From a virus, in IMG/VR virus record IMGVR_UViG_3300045412_000547: a stretch of DNA of 64,000 bases, one strand, 5' to 3'. The translations under genes and the position numbers were made by a program. This document shows, piece after piece, positions 29,403 through 38,312 of this stretch (position 1 is its first letter; every line of letters starts with the position of its first letter). A model generated the notes under the pieces. That model was given only the letters and a program-made list of their open reading frames with translations, did no database searches and was not told where the DNA came from.

Positions 29403-30482
29403 ATGGATTGCTCCTCTGTAACACCTATTTCAGCTTTTCAAAGTACAAATCTTAATAGTAAGATTGATTCATTTTCCCGTCTAGGTAATCGTATTAGCCG
29501 GTCTATGGGCGCTCCTATGGTAAATTTGGAGATACATCAAGATCAATTAAATGAAAATATAGCTATTGCCTGTGAAATGTTTGCTAAATTTGCCGGTTAT
29601 ACACAAGAAACTTTAGTATTTGATTCAGATCTTTATAAAGATGGAAAGGGATTAAAGCTTGACGAGTTATTTAGTATTACACCCAATTTTAATCGGGTTA
29701 ATGATCCTTCTAAACCAGTTTATGTAGCAAATATCTCTCTACCTGCAGCTATTTTTTTATCATCAACTTCTCTTTCTTCCACTTACTTGGATGGTATTTT
29801 TAAAAATCAAATTTTAACACAAACAAATTTTCTATCAGTTATCAATTTTAACAATTCTTTATTATCTGCTTTTACACCTTCATCAAATATAAATGCTGAA
29901 AAAATAGTTAACAGCTTTGACTATGATATTATGGATTATAGAAAAGTTATTGACGTTTACGATTTTGAAGAAGGAACATCTACGGGTATAAACACGCTAT
30001 TTACTATTGAGCAAACTTTAGCGCAACAAACATATTTTAGTTACGCTATGGGCAACTATGGTTTTGATTTAATTAGTTGGTATGTTTTGAAACAATGGTT
30101 AGATATTAGAGAAAACATGTTAGCAATAAAAAGAGCGGTCAATTTTGATGAACGTACACAATATCTAACCATGAACCCTCCACCACGCACGCCGGGATCA
30201 GGCTCTCGGTTTTATGGAGTCGTTGGTTGCTATGTTGAAAGACCTTTAAGGGACTTAATAAAAGAACCTTGGGTATATCAATATGCTCTAGCTTTATCAA
30301 AAATAGCTATTGGTAACGTTCGTGGAAAATACACAGGTACTACATTATTTGGAGGAGGGCAAATTAATTCTAATGATTTACTAAGTCAAGGTCTTAAAGA
30401 AAAAGAGGAATTAGAGCGAAAGCTTTACGAAGGTGCACCAGGTTTAGGCGATGCAGCACCACCTGCGTTTTTTGTCGGGTAA
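29403..30482 (+). CDS. 13: Neck protein (T4 gp13-like)
   Basis: MGAPMVNLEI..DQL, WVYQYALAL.K...G..RGKY...LFGGGQIN. Confidence 0.85.
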   Translation: MDCSSVTPISAFQSTNLNSKIDSFSRLGNRISRSMGAPMVNLEIHQDQLNENIAIACEMFAKFAGYTQETLVFDSDLYKDGKGLKLDELFSITPNFNRVNDPSKPVYVANISLPAAIFLSSTSLSSTYLDGIFKNQILTQTNFLSVINFNNSLLSAFTPSSNINAEKIVNSFDYDIMDYRKVIDVYDFEEGTSTGINTLFTIEQTLAQQTYFSYAMGNYGFDLISWYVLKQWLDIRENMLAIKRAVNFDERTQYLTMNPPPRTPGSGSRFYGVVGCYVERPLRDLIKEPWVYQYALALSKIAIGNVRGKYTGTTLFGGGQINSNDLLSQGLKEKEELERKLYEGAPGLGDAAPPAFFVG

Positions 30483-30483
30483 A

Positions 30484-30942
30484 ATGCGCCCTATTCAAAA
30501 AAACGATAATTTTAGACAAGGTTTATTTAAGCCAAAAAACCCGCAAAAATATCTTGGCAAAGGCATGCCTGTATATAGGTCCGGTTGGGAACTTAAATTT
30601 TTTAGATGGTGTGATGACAACCCTAATGTTCTAGAATGGGCCAGTGAGTCTGTAATCATTCCATATGTAAGCCCAATCGATCAAAAAGTACATAGATATT
30701 ATACAGACGGTATAATTGCTATAAAAGAACAAGATAATATTAAAAAATATATTATTGAAATTAAGCCTAGTAAGCAAACAGTCAAACCAGAAAATTCAAA
30801 TAGAAAAAAAATGTCGACAAAAATATATGAGGCTACAAGGTATGTACAAAATACAGCTAAATGGGAGGCTGCTAAAAAATGGTGTGAAAAAAAGGGTTAT
30901 AAATTTTTAATCCTTACTGAGAAAGAATTAGGAATTAGATAG
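30484..30942 (+). CDS. 4: Head completion nuclease (T4 gp4)
   Basis: FKPKNPQKY.G..VYRSGWELKF..WCD.NP.VLEWASE..IPY...HRYYTD...EIKP. Confidence 0.93.
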   Translation: MRPIQKNDNFRQGLFKPKNPQKYLGKGMPVYRSGWELKFFRWCDDNPNVLEWASESVIIPYVSPIDQKVHRYYTDGIIAIKEQDNIKKYIIEIKPSKQTVKPENSNRKKMSTKIYEATRYVQNTAKWEAAKKWCEKKGYKFLILTEKELGIR

Positions 30943-30949
30943 TATAAAG

Positions 30950-30957
30950 AATAAATA
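30950..30957 (+). promoter_or_regulatory. T4-type late promoter upstream of gp21
   Basis: AATAAATA 6 nt before ATG. Confidence 0.7.
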
Positions 30958-30963
30958 TTTTAT

Positions 30964-31635
30964 ATGGCTTTTAGACTACTTGTAGAAACACCAGCTCCGG
31001 ACGAGCAATTTGAGTATATTGTTGAGGAAAAGAACCCTAAAGAACCATCTAAATTGTATATTTCTGGGCCTTACATGATGTGTGAAACTATTAATAAAAA
31101 TCTGCGTAAATATAGTAAAGATGACATGACGCGGGAAGTTAATCGTTATGTTAAGGAAATGGTTGAACCTAAAAGGGCCATGGGTGAATTAAATCACCCT
31201 ACATCTGCAGAAGTAAATTTAGAACGCGCTTGTCATATGGTTACAGAACTTAAAATGCAAGACAATTTTGTATTTGGAAAATCCCAAGTACTTTCTACTC
31301 CAATGGGATTATTAGTTCGTTCTCTTATTAATGATGGTGCAAGAGTTGGCATGTCTAGCCGTGCCTTGGGTAAGCTTGTAGAGGAAAAAAATGGAATTAA
31401 TCTTGTTCAAGATATGAGATTAATTGCTATAGATTGTGTTGCTGATCCGTCGTGTCCTAAAGCTTTTGTTAATGGTATTTTAGAAAGCAAAGAATTTGTT
31501 TTAAAAGCTGACGGTAGCTTAGAAGAGTTTTATGGTAAGTTTGAGCAAGCAGTTTCAAATTTACCCAAAAAAGAAGTTGCCCACTATTTAAAGGAACAAA
31601 TTATGTCTTTCTTTAAATCTCTTGGAAATCATTAA
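30964..31635 (+). CDS. 21: Prohead protease (T4 gp21)
   Basis: AMGELNHP, LSTPMG, GMSSRALG, DCVADPS..AFVNGILE. Confidence 0.96.
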   Translation: MAFRLLVETPAPDEQFEYIVEEKNPKEPSKLYISGPYMMCETINKNLRKYSKDDMTREVNRYVKEMVEPKRAMGELNHPTSAEVNLERACHMVTELKMQDNFVFGKSQVLSTPMGLLVRSLINDGARVGMSSRALGKLVEEKNGINLVQDMRLIAIDCVADPSCPKAFVNGILESKEFVLKADGSLEEFYGKFEQAVSNLPKKEVAHYLKEQIMSFFKSLGNH

Positions 31636-31656
31636 CAATAGCAATAAATAATAAAA

Positions 31657-31959
31657 ATGAGCAAAGCTAAAAAAAAGACAGTTTCGCAGGATGAAATTGA
31701 CGTAAAAAAGTCGGATCTGGATAAAGATGGTAAATTGTCAAAATATGAAAAGGCGAGAGGTAAAGCTATTGATAAAGCTAGAGGCGGAAACGGCAAAATG
31801 CCTAAAAAGACGAATAATGAAAGTATAAGCGTTGTAAGGTTTTTACAGCAACTTTCTCAAAAAAATTATGCCGAGGCTAATAAATATTTAAGCGAGGTTG
31901 TAGATTCAAAGTTAAAGACTAAGATTCAAACAGCCTTGAAGAACAAATTATTTAAATGA
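31657..31959 (+). CDS. Small prohead-core-associated protein with EF-hand-like loop
   Basis: DLDKDGKLSKYE; lies between gp21 and gp22. Confidence 0.55.
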   Translation: MSKAKKKTVSQDEIDVKKSDLDKDGKLSKYEKARGKAIDKARGGNGKMPKKTNNESISVVRFLQQLSQKNYAEANKYLSEVVDSKLKTKIQTALKNKLFK

Positions 31960-32840
31960 GCAAATCTGTTACAGACATTCTTAAAGAAGCAACCAAAGAT
32001 ATTCTTTCTGAAGATATCTTAAAAGAAATCGAATTGGCTTTCAATACTACAGTTAATGATAAAGTAAAAATTCATGTTGAAAAAGCTCTCAATGAACAGG
32101 ATGAGGATTACGCAAAAAAATTAGAAAAGCTTGTTGATGTTATCGATGCTGACCATACAACTAAATTAAATCAAGTTGTCGAAGCAATAGATAAAAATCA
32201 TGCTAAAAAACTTCAAACGATTGTCGAAAAATACGAAAAGACAATTAAAGAGGAAGCGGTAGGTTTCAAAAATAATTTAGTTGAACAAGTAAGCAAATAT
32301 TTAGAAATTTACCTGGACGAGAAAATTCCTTCCGCTCAGATTCAAGATGCAGTAAACAATAAGAGAGCAACTAAAATGTTAAGCGAAATGCGTAATATGC
32401 TTTCTGTTAATGATGCTCTTGCAAAAGACAGCATTAAAGAAGCTGTTATAGATGGAAAGAATAGACTTGATGAAGCTGTTAAACAGCTTGAAGCCGCTGA
32501 TTCAAAAGTTAAGAAATTAAGTGAATCATTAAATAAAGCTGAAGCACAGCTTGTCTTAGAAAAGAAATTATCTTCATTAGATAGCGATAAAAAAGCTTAC
32601 ATGAAGAAAATGCTTTCTGGCAAGACGCCGCAGTTTATAAATGAAAATTTTGATTATACACTTAAGCTGTTTGAAAAAACTGAAGAAGAGCGGCTTGCAA
32701 ATCTTAAGGAAGAGGCAGTAACAGAGAGCGTAGCTCAAAAAGTAGATCGCCCTGTTATTGAAGAAAAAGCAAAGTCTAGTAATGATGAACTAAGAGACCC
32801 TGCTTTTGATCTCTATCTTAAAGAGCTCAATAAATATTAA
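31956..32840 (+). CDS. 22: Prohead scaffold protein (T4 gp22)
   Basis: Coiled-coil, acidic, directly upstream of the major capsid gene. Confidence 0.85.
   Translation: MSKSVTDILKEATKDILSEDILKEIELAFNTTVNDKVKIHVEKALNEQDEDYAKKLEKLVDVIDADHTTKLNQVVEAIDKNHAKKLQTIVEKYEKTIKEEAVGFKNNLVEQVSKYLEIYLDEKIPSAQIQDAVNNKRATKMLSEMRNMLSVNDALAKDSIKEAVIDGKNRLDEAVKQLEAADSKVKKLSESLNKAEAQLVLEKKLSSLDSDKKAYMKKMLSGKTPQFINENFDYTLKLFEKTEEERLANLKEEAVTESVAQKVDRPVIEEKAKSSNDELRDPAFDLYLKELNKY
32829..32836 (+). promoter_or_regulatory. T4-type late promoter for gp23
   Basis: AATAAATA within the last codons of gp22. Confidence 0.7.
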
Positions 32841-32912
32841 TTTTTAGAGCTTCTGAGGCATTTGCCTGAATAGAATCCCAAGGTCGACACATTAAGGAGA
32901 CTTAATATATAT

Positions 32913-34421
32913 ATGGCACAAATTCGTCCTTCACAGGCGTACATCGATGAGAATCGCGCAAAGGTATTGCTCGAAAAGTGGAGCCCAGTATTGGATTACA
33001 CTTCCGACAATGTCCGCGCAATCGAAGATGATCACACCCGCTTAAACACCGCTATTCTTTTGGAAAACCAAGAGAAGTGGTGCTTTGAAGCTTACGGTAC
33101 AAATAGTGGTAACATTGCTGGTGGTACGACAAGTGTTTTCGGTTCCGTCAATGCTGGCGGTACCGGTGGCGCTTTTCCCCCGAACAGTGACTCCTATGCC
33201 CCGGGTGATGCTCGCCTTCCTAAGATTCTTATTCCGATGATTCGTCGTACGTTCCCGGAATTGATCACTAACGAAATCGTTGGTGTTCAGCCGATGAGCG
33301 GCCCTGTTGGATTAGCTTTTGCCCTCAGATACAGATATGACGGTGATGCACTCGGTGCTACTAACGGTAAAGGTCTTGACGGCTCATTAGCCTCAGGCAC
33401 TACCGTGTGGCCGGGCGCTTCAGCCGGCGGTTCTGATGGAGCTGAATTAGGTTATCAGTACCTCGATACGAGATTTACTGGTACATCTTCTTCTGCTTTG
33501 GTTGGTGATTCAACTTTCTTCCCCTTCGTCCCTCAGGACCAAGGTGTTGCTCAGTTGCTCGCTAACTTTGAGTTAACCTCTAAGATTCCCCAGATTGTAG
33601 TTAGCTTCGAAAAGACAGCTGTTGAAGCTGGAACTCGTAGGCTCGCTGCTCGCTGGTCAGTTGAACTCGAGCAAGACTTGAAGAACATGAACGGTATTGA
33701 TATCGACACGGAACTCACTAACGCAATGTCGTATGAGTTACAGGCCGAAATCGACCGTGAAATGATAATCAGAATGATCCAGACTGCACTCAATGCCGGT
33801 TTCGGCACTGGGTTCTCGGTATGGTCACCCGCTTCGGCGGATGGTCGTTGGCTCGTAGAGCGCAACCGCGATTTCTATCAGAGGTTAATCATCGAGGCTA
33901 ACAGAATCGCTGTCCGTAACCGCCGTGGCGCGGCTAACTTCGTCGTTGCAACACCTCGTGTGTGTGCAATCCTCGAAATGTTACCCGAGTTCCAGTGGGC
34001 ACCGGTACAGGGAAATGTTAACACACAGCCCGTTGGTGTAGCAAAGGTTGGTTCACTTGGTGGCCGTTTCAACGTTTACCGTGATACGAGAACAGAAGCC
34101 CAATTCCAAGCCTACCCCGGAGGTAACTTCGGTGGTATCGGTGCTGGCGCCGCTGGTGGCACACGCTCCCAGCCGGTTGAATACGCGCTTCTCGGTTATA
34201 AGGGTCCGGAGTTTTATGACACCGGTATCATTTATTGCCCGTACATCCCGGTAATGGTGCAGCGCACAATTGGCCCGAACGACTTCTCTCCGAGAGTCGG
34301 GTTGCTTACTCGCTATGGCGTTGTAGACAACATCTTCGGTGCTAACTTGTACTATCACGTAATTATCTTACGTGGTTTAGGCACTGCATTTACACCTGGA
34401 ACACAATCCGTGTACTTCTAA
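32913..34421 (+). CDS. 23: Major capsid protein (T4 gp23)
   Basis: LLENQ, GVQPMSGPVGLAFALR, ELEQDLK, EIDRE, YCPYIP, TRYG. Confidence 0.98.
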   Translation: MAQIRPSQAYIDENRAKVLLEKWSPVLDYTSDNVRAIEDDHTRLNTAILLENQEKWCFEAYGTNSGNIAGGTTSVFGSVNAGGTGGAFPPNSDSYAPGDARLPKILIPMIRRTFPELITNEIVGVQPMSGPVGLAFALRYRYDGDALGATNGKGLDGSLASGTTVWPGASAGGSDGAELGYQYLDTRFTGTSSSALVGDSTFFPFVPQDQGVAQLLANFELTSKIPQIVVSFEKTAVEAGTRRLAARWSVELEQDLKNMNGIDIDTELTNAMSYELQAEIDREMIIRMIQTALNAGFGTGFSVWSPASADGRWLVERNRDFYQRLIIEANRIAVRNRRGAANFVVATPRVCAILEMLPEFQWAPVQGNVNTQPVGVAKVGSLGGRFNVYRDTRTEAQFQAYPGGNFGGIGAGAAGGTRSQPVEYALLGYKGPEFYDTGIIYCPYIPVMVQRTIGPNDFSPRVGLLTRYGVVDNIFGANLYYHVIILRGLGTAFTPGTQSVYF

Positions 34422-34480
34422 TCAACTGATTAGAATCGACAAAAAGAAAGTATTTTCACCTAGTAAGTCCTAGGAAATTT

Positions 34481-34514
34481 AAAAAGAGGGATCTTGCGGT
34501 CTCTCTTTTTTTTT
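34481..34514 (+). terminator. Rho-independent terminator after gp23
   Basis: AAGAGGGATC-TTGC-GGTCTCTCTT stem-loop followed by a T-run. Confidence 0.85.
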
Positions 34515-34547
34515 GTAAAAATATAAACTTTTAGAATAAATATTTAC

Positions 34548-34913
34548 ATGGCAATTTTTAATAGCATGGTAGCAAACCCGCAGGCAACAGACCCGGTTTC
34601 ATTAAATCTTTCTTTAACATCTAACGGTGTTATTATTAGAAGTTTAGGTAGTAATGCTAGTGCCATTTTATTTAATAAAGAAAATACTCTTACTGGTTCA
34701 ACAACGTTAATCACTGTTACAGCAAACAACGTTGCCACAAGATTTTCTATTGATAATAGTTATAATAATAAGCTTATTTCTATATTATTAACTAACGGTA
34801 CAGCATTTGAATTTACTTTAAATATTGCAACAAACGATGCTCAGACACTTACAGATGCTGGCTTTAATTCGGTTAGTCCTGAAAAATTAAGACGTACAAA
34901 TTTAGAAGGCTAA
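34548..34913 (+). CDS. Hypothetical late (probably virion) protein
   Basis: AATAAATA at 34535-34542; beta-rich 121 aa. Confidence 0.6.
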   Translation: MAIFNSMVANPQATDPVSLNLSLTSNGVIIRSLGSNASAILFNKENTLTGSTTLITVTANNVATRFSIDNSYNNKLISILLTNGTAFEFTLNIATNDAQTLTDAGFNSVSPEKLRRTNLEG

Positions 34914-35828
34914 TTACTGCCTGACAGTTTTCGTAAAGTACTTAAACTTATCAACTAGGTTTCTATCTAATAAATCATAACTGCTTGCGCGAGTTGGATT
35001 AATATCAATACCGCCACGCCGGACATATAAACACGATACAACTAACTCTTCAGGGTTAAATTTATCATAAAAACGTTTATAAATTGTCTCACAAATCTCT
35101 TCATGAAAATGACATTCATCTCGGAATGATATAATATATTGCAGTAATGAAACTTTATTAATTTCATACCTACCTTTGTAATGTATGTAAACATCGCCCC
35201 AATCTGGCTGAGATGTTACTCTGCAGTTACTTTTTAATAAAGCAGAATGAAATCTTTGGGTCCTAGATTCTGGTATTTCAATAGCATTTAAAAGATTAGG
35301 ATTCTCACTATAAGATAATGCTTGTATCATCGTTACATCAATTTCTAATTCTAAATTAGGATATTCACTATTGGGAAATACTGGAGGATAATAAGCACCA
35401 TCATCAATAGATGTAGTAGATCTTACATATACAAGGACATCTGTTTTTAATAGTAAAGAAAGATCTATACTAATTTTATCTTGTAATTGATTCAATACAC
35501 TTATAATATTACCTTTAAATTTTTCCATGTTAAATGAGTTAAGATACAATTTGATCGATTTAGATTCTACGATGTACTCACTATTACAGGGATAAACAAT
35601 TTTTGCTATTGCTGCTATTGGCATGCCTTCTGCTGTTAAACAAGATACTTCATATGCATTCCAAATATCATATCCTTTAAAAGGTAAATTGTCGTCCTTT
35701 ATGCCTAAATGTTTTCTATTATTTTGTCTTGGTTCAGGTACTAATAAAGACGGGTCATATGTACATTTGTAACCAGTAATCTTGCCTAAATGCTTTGAAA
35801 TATTACTATTATCGAGTTGTGTGTTCAT
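34914..35828 (-). CDS. queF: NADPH-dependent preQ0 reductase (bimodular QueF)
   Basis: DIWNAYEVS, IVESKSIKLYLNSFN, LKSNCRVTSQPDWG, FHEEICE, RRGGIDINP. Confidence 0.96.
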   Translation of the reverse strand: MNTQLDNSNISKHLGKITGYKCTYDPSLLVPEPRQNNRKHLGIKDDNLPFKGYDIWNAYEVSCLTAEGMPIAAIAKIVYPCNSEYIVESKSIKLYLNSFNMEKFKGNIISVLNQLQDKISIDLSLLLKTDVLVYVRSTTSIDDGAYYPPVFPNSEYPNLELEIDVTMIQALSYSENPNLLNAIEIPESRTQRFHSALLKSNCRVTSQPDWGDVYIHYKGRYEINKVSLLQYIISFRDECHFHEEICETIYKRFYDKFNPEELVVSCLYVRRGGIDINPTRASSYDLLDRNLVDKFKYFTKTVRQ

Positions 35829-36396
35829 TTATTATTAATTTAATTTGATTCATCCTTTCTTCAATTGTTCCTTTTAGTCTATATACCCTATCTTTCCATT
35901 GCGATTGCTTTATATAGTGTTCGAACTTTTCTATCATTATATTTCTAAAATTCTGATCTACACTTCTTTCACCGTCATCAATCAGTATTACATCAGTAGG
36001 GTCAGGATATAAAATAATATCGTATTTAGTATGATATCTAAGCCAATACCACATAGACTGCATCCATACATTATCACTAACTAGTTTTTTATCGTGAAAA
36101 TAATCTGTATATAAAAACCCATCCATAAGACACCTATCATGAACTGCATTTTTACATGATGACAATATATCAGCTCTAAATAAATTTTCTAGTTCTTTAT
36201 TAATAATTAACAGTTGAGTAATGTCATTAGCACCTTCTTCGTTTATACTAACATTAAATTCTCTTTTAACTAACCGAGTAACTTCATCAATATAAAAAAA
36301 CCTATCTCCAAGCCATTTAATACTCTCTTCTTCTTTCATTTTCTTTAGCAAAGTAGTTTTACCTGAACAATGCGGGCCCGTAAACGTTATATTCAC
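35809..36396 (-). CDS. P-loop nucleotide kinase-like protein (AAA_28 family)
   Basis: FTGPHCSGKTTL, HDRCLMDG, DDGERS. Confidence 0.8.
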   Translation of the reverse strand: MNITFTGPHCSGKTTLLKKMKEEESIKWLGDRFFYIDEVTRLVKREFNVSINEEGANDITQLLIINKELENLFRADILSSCKNAVHDRCLMDGFLYTDYFHDKKLVSDNVWMQSMWYWLRYHTKYDIILYPDPTDVILIDDGERSVDQNFRNIMIEKFEHYIKQSQWKDRVYRLKGTIEERMNQIKLIINEHTTR

Positions 36397-36406
36397 TAAC
36401 TATATC

Positions 36407-36556
36407 TTAACGGAATAATTTTTTAATACAAGCTTTTAATTTCTTAAAAATAGTTATTGTGGCATTGTCAGCTATTTCTTGTAATTTAAAATATCCCTTT
36501 AGTAGATGATTATCATCATCAACCCAAACATACTTCGGGCGCTCTTTTTTCTTCAT
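36407..36556 (-). CDS. 49-aa hypothetical protein
   Basis: Not in ORF track; ATGA-coupled to the Nmad1 gene: MKKKERPKYVWVDDDNHLL... Confidence 0.4.
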   Translation of the reverse strand: MKKKERPKYVWVDDDNHLLKGYFKLQEIADNATITIFKKLKACIKKLFR

Positions 36557-36900
36557 TTACACCATTTTCTTCTTTTTACTATTTCGGCAATAATACAATA
36601 TACCGAAGTATCACTAAAAGCATCGAATACAGGCTCATTTGCTGTATCAAAAGTTTTTTTACGTAGCACAAGATTAATTAATCTTTGAATCTTATCATTC
36701 AACCGTACAACAATAGCAGAAACTGATGCTGTTATATCTTCTTGTTTAAATAAATCGGAACCTAGGCTAATATTATGTGGTCCGTAGTCAAATTGTTTTT
36801 TACAAAACGTCTCATAATGTTCAGATTGTATTTTTTTAAATTCACTACATGTTTCAGGATATGTAGTTTCTACATATTGAATAATTTCTTGAGAGGTCAT
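36553..36900 (-). CDS. Nucleotide modification-associated domain 1 (Nmad1/DUF1599) protein
   Basis: KKQFDYGPHNI...VRLNDKIQRL.NL...NEPVFDAFSD..VYCIIA. Confidence 0.8.
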   Translation of the reverse strand: MTSQEIIQYVETTYPETCSEFKKIQSEHYETFCKKQFDYGPHNISLGSDLFKQEDITASVSAIVVRLNDKIQRLINLVLRKKTFDTANEPVFDAFSDTSVYCIIAEIVKRRKWCK

Positions 36901-37469
36901 TTCTCTAATATCTTACATCCTTTTAAAAAACTTATCCATAAATCTAGCGCCACTTTTCTTAATTTAGTATAGACATCGTCTAAAGATAATCCATCAATTT
37001 GCTCTCCTTGACTCATCAAAATTTCACCTTCATCTACACCCGGTGTGACACGATGTATGACACAACCAGCCAATTTATATCCTTCACGGAAAGCCCTCTC
37101 TTGCGGATTAAATCCTTTCATAGAAGGAAACTTATCAATAAGGCCGGGATGCAAATTATATATCTCATACTTTTCACAAATCTGCTTTGGTATAATTCTT
37201 AAGTAGCCGTGTAAAGTCACAATCGGATTACTATATACACTCAAAACATTTTCATAATTTTCAATAGTCGGTTTATTCGGTATCATATACCAGGTATGTG
37301 GCTTATTTAATTTAGTAGCACGAAACTTAGTTAGTTCGATTAATTTTTGATTTATCCCGTCCTTGGTATGTCTATTGGTAACTATACTGTCAGGATACAC
37401 ACCAAGTGCATTACTTAAGTCGTAAATTTCAGTTCCTGTTTGTGAAAAAAATGTAACCCAGGGTCTCAT
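36897..37469 (-). CDS. PurN-like formyltransferase, probable preQ1 formyltransferase (DpdN-like)
   Basis: FSQTG, LHGYLRII, YNLHPG, GCVIHRVTPGVDEG; in an operon with dpdA-like and queF. Confidence 0.8.
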   Translation of the reverse strand: MRPWVTFFSQTGTEIYDLSNALGVYPDSIVTNRHTKDGINQKLIELTKFRATKLNKPHTWYMIPNKPTIENYENVLSVYSNPIVTLHGYLRIIPKQICEKYEIYNLHPGLIDKFPSMKGFNPQERAFREGYKLAGCVIHRVTPGVDEGEILMSQGEQIDGLSLDDVYTKLRKVALDLWISFLKGCKILEK

Positions 37470-38278
37470 CTACGAATAATTTTTTTAAACATATTTACGT
37501 TATAATTTAAAATATTCAATTGCGTAGGTGTAAGCTCGTGGTCAATTAAATCAGCTAACTTTGTTGTTGGTTTTGTGGGTATACCATAATCAGCATCATA
37601 TTTTAAGCCGTGTATAGCGGCGACAACCGGGTTACTTGTATCACAACTTACAATATTATAAATATTTTTATCAACATAAAATCTAAATTCTTTTGCTAAC
37701 GAACAACCAAGTAAATGGTGTGGTTTATTCCAATTCCATAAACCACAATCAATTAGCTGTGATATAAACCGCTTTCTTCCTGAACAAAACTTTTCTAATT
37801 TTGAATGACCTTCACCGGTTACTTGATAATAACTTAAATCAAAGCTAATCGCAATCATATCTGTTTCATTAGACATAAATTCATAACAATCTTTCAAGTC
37901 TTGCCAATTTTTACCTTGTATAGCACCAATAGCTCGAGAAAAGAAAGAACTTTTTAATGCTCCGGCCTGATCTCTAAAATTTATATAACTATCAATCGTA
38001 GCATCTGAATCTTCTAAAACATCTGGTACAATAAACATATTTGGCTGTATGTCTAGTGCTGCTTGAAAAAATTTATCCCTATTAAAAGCAGTACCGAGTT
38101 CAAATATAGAGTTATCTAATAGAACTTCTCGGTTATGTATATTCCGTGCTGTTTTAAAATAATTGTAATAATTAGATTTTGTCTCAAATAAATGAACTAA
38201 TGCGTAGTCAAAATCATTATATGTCTGTGAATAATCTATAATAGATATGGGAGATTCGTGAGATACTTTTATTAGCAT
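37466..38278 (-). CDS. dpdA: TGT-fold 7-deazaguanine transglycosylase (divergent DpdA, probably DpdA3-type)
   Basis: LLDNSIFE, IVPDV, GAIQG, HHLLG, SCDTSNP match the order of TGT/DpdA catalytic motifs; operon context. Confidence 0.72.
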   Translation of the reverse strand: MLIKVSHESPISIIDYSQTYNDFDYALVHLFETKSNYYNYFKTARNIHNREVLLDNSIFELGTAFNRDKFFQAALDIQPNMFIVPDVLEDSDATIDSYINFRDQAGALKSSFFSRAIGAIQGKNWQDLKDCYEFMSNETDMIAISFDLSYYQVTGEGHSKLEKFCSGRKRFISQLIDCGLWNWNKPHHLLGCSLAKEFRFYVDKNIYNIVSCDTSNPVVAAIHGLKYDADYGIPTKPTTKLADLIDHELTPTQLNILNYNVNMFKKIIRR

Positions 38279-38284
38279 CCTAAT

Positions 38285-38312
38285 ATTATATAAGTAAATA
38301 CTCGTATATCAA
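38285..38312 (-). promoter_or_regulatory. Sigma70-like early/middle promoter of the dpdA operon
   Basis: TTGATA-N16-TATAAT, 6 nt before the dpdA ATG. Confidence 0.6.

Noticed and set aside
30484-30942. TnsA-like nuclease as a transposon gene
   Set aside because: Motifs and context identify it as head completion protein gp4
33551-34358. Several antisense/alternate-frame ORFs inside gp23
   Set aside because: By-product of GC-richer, strongly biased codons in the capsid gene; no motifs or promoters
36897-37469. Purine-biosynthesis PurN as an auxiliary metabolic gene
   Set aside because: Coupled to dpdA-like and queF genes with no other pur genes nearby; a base-modification role fits better
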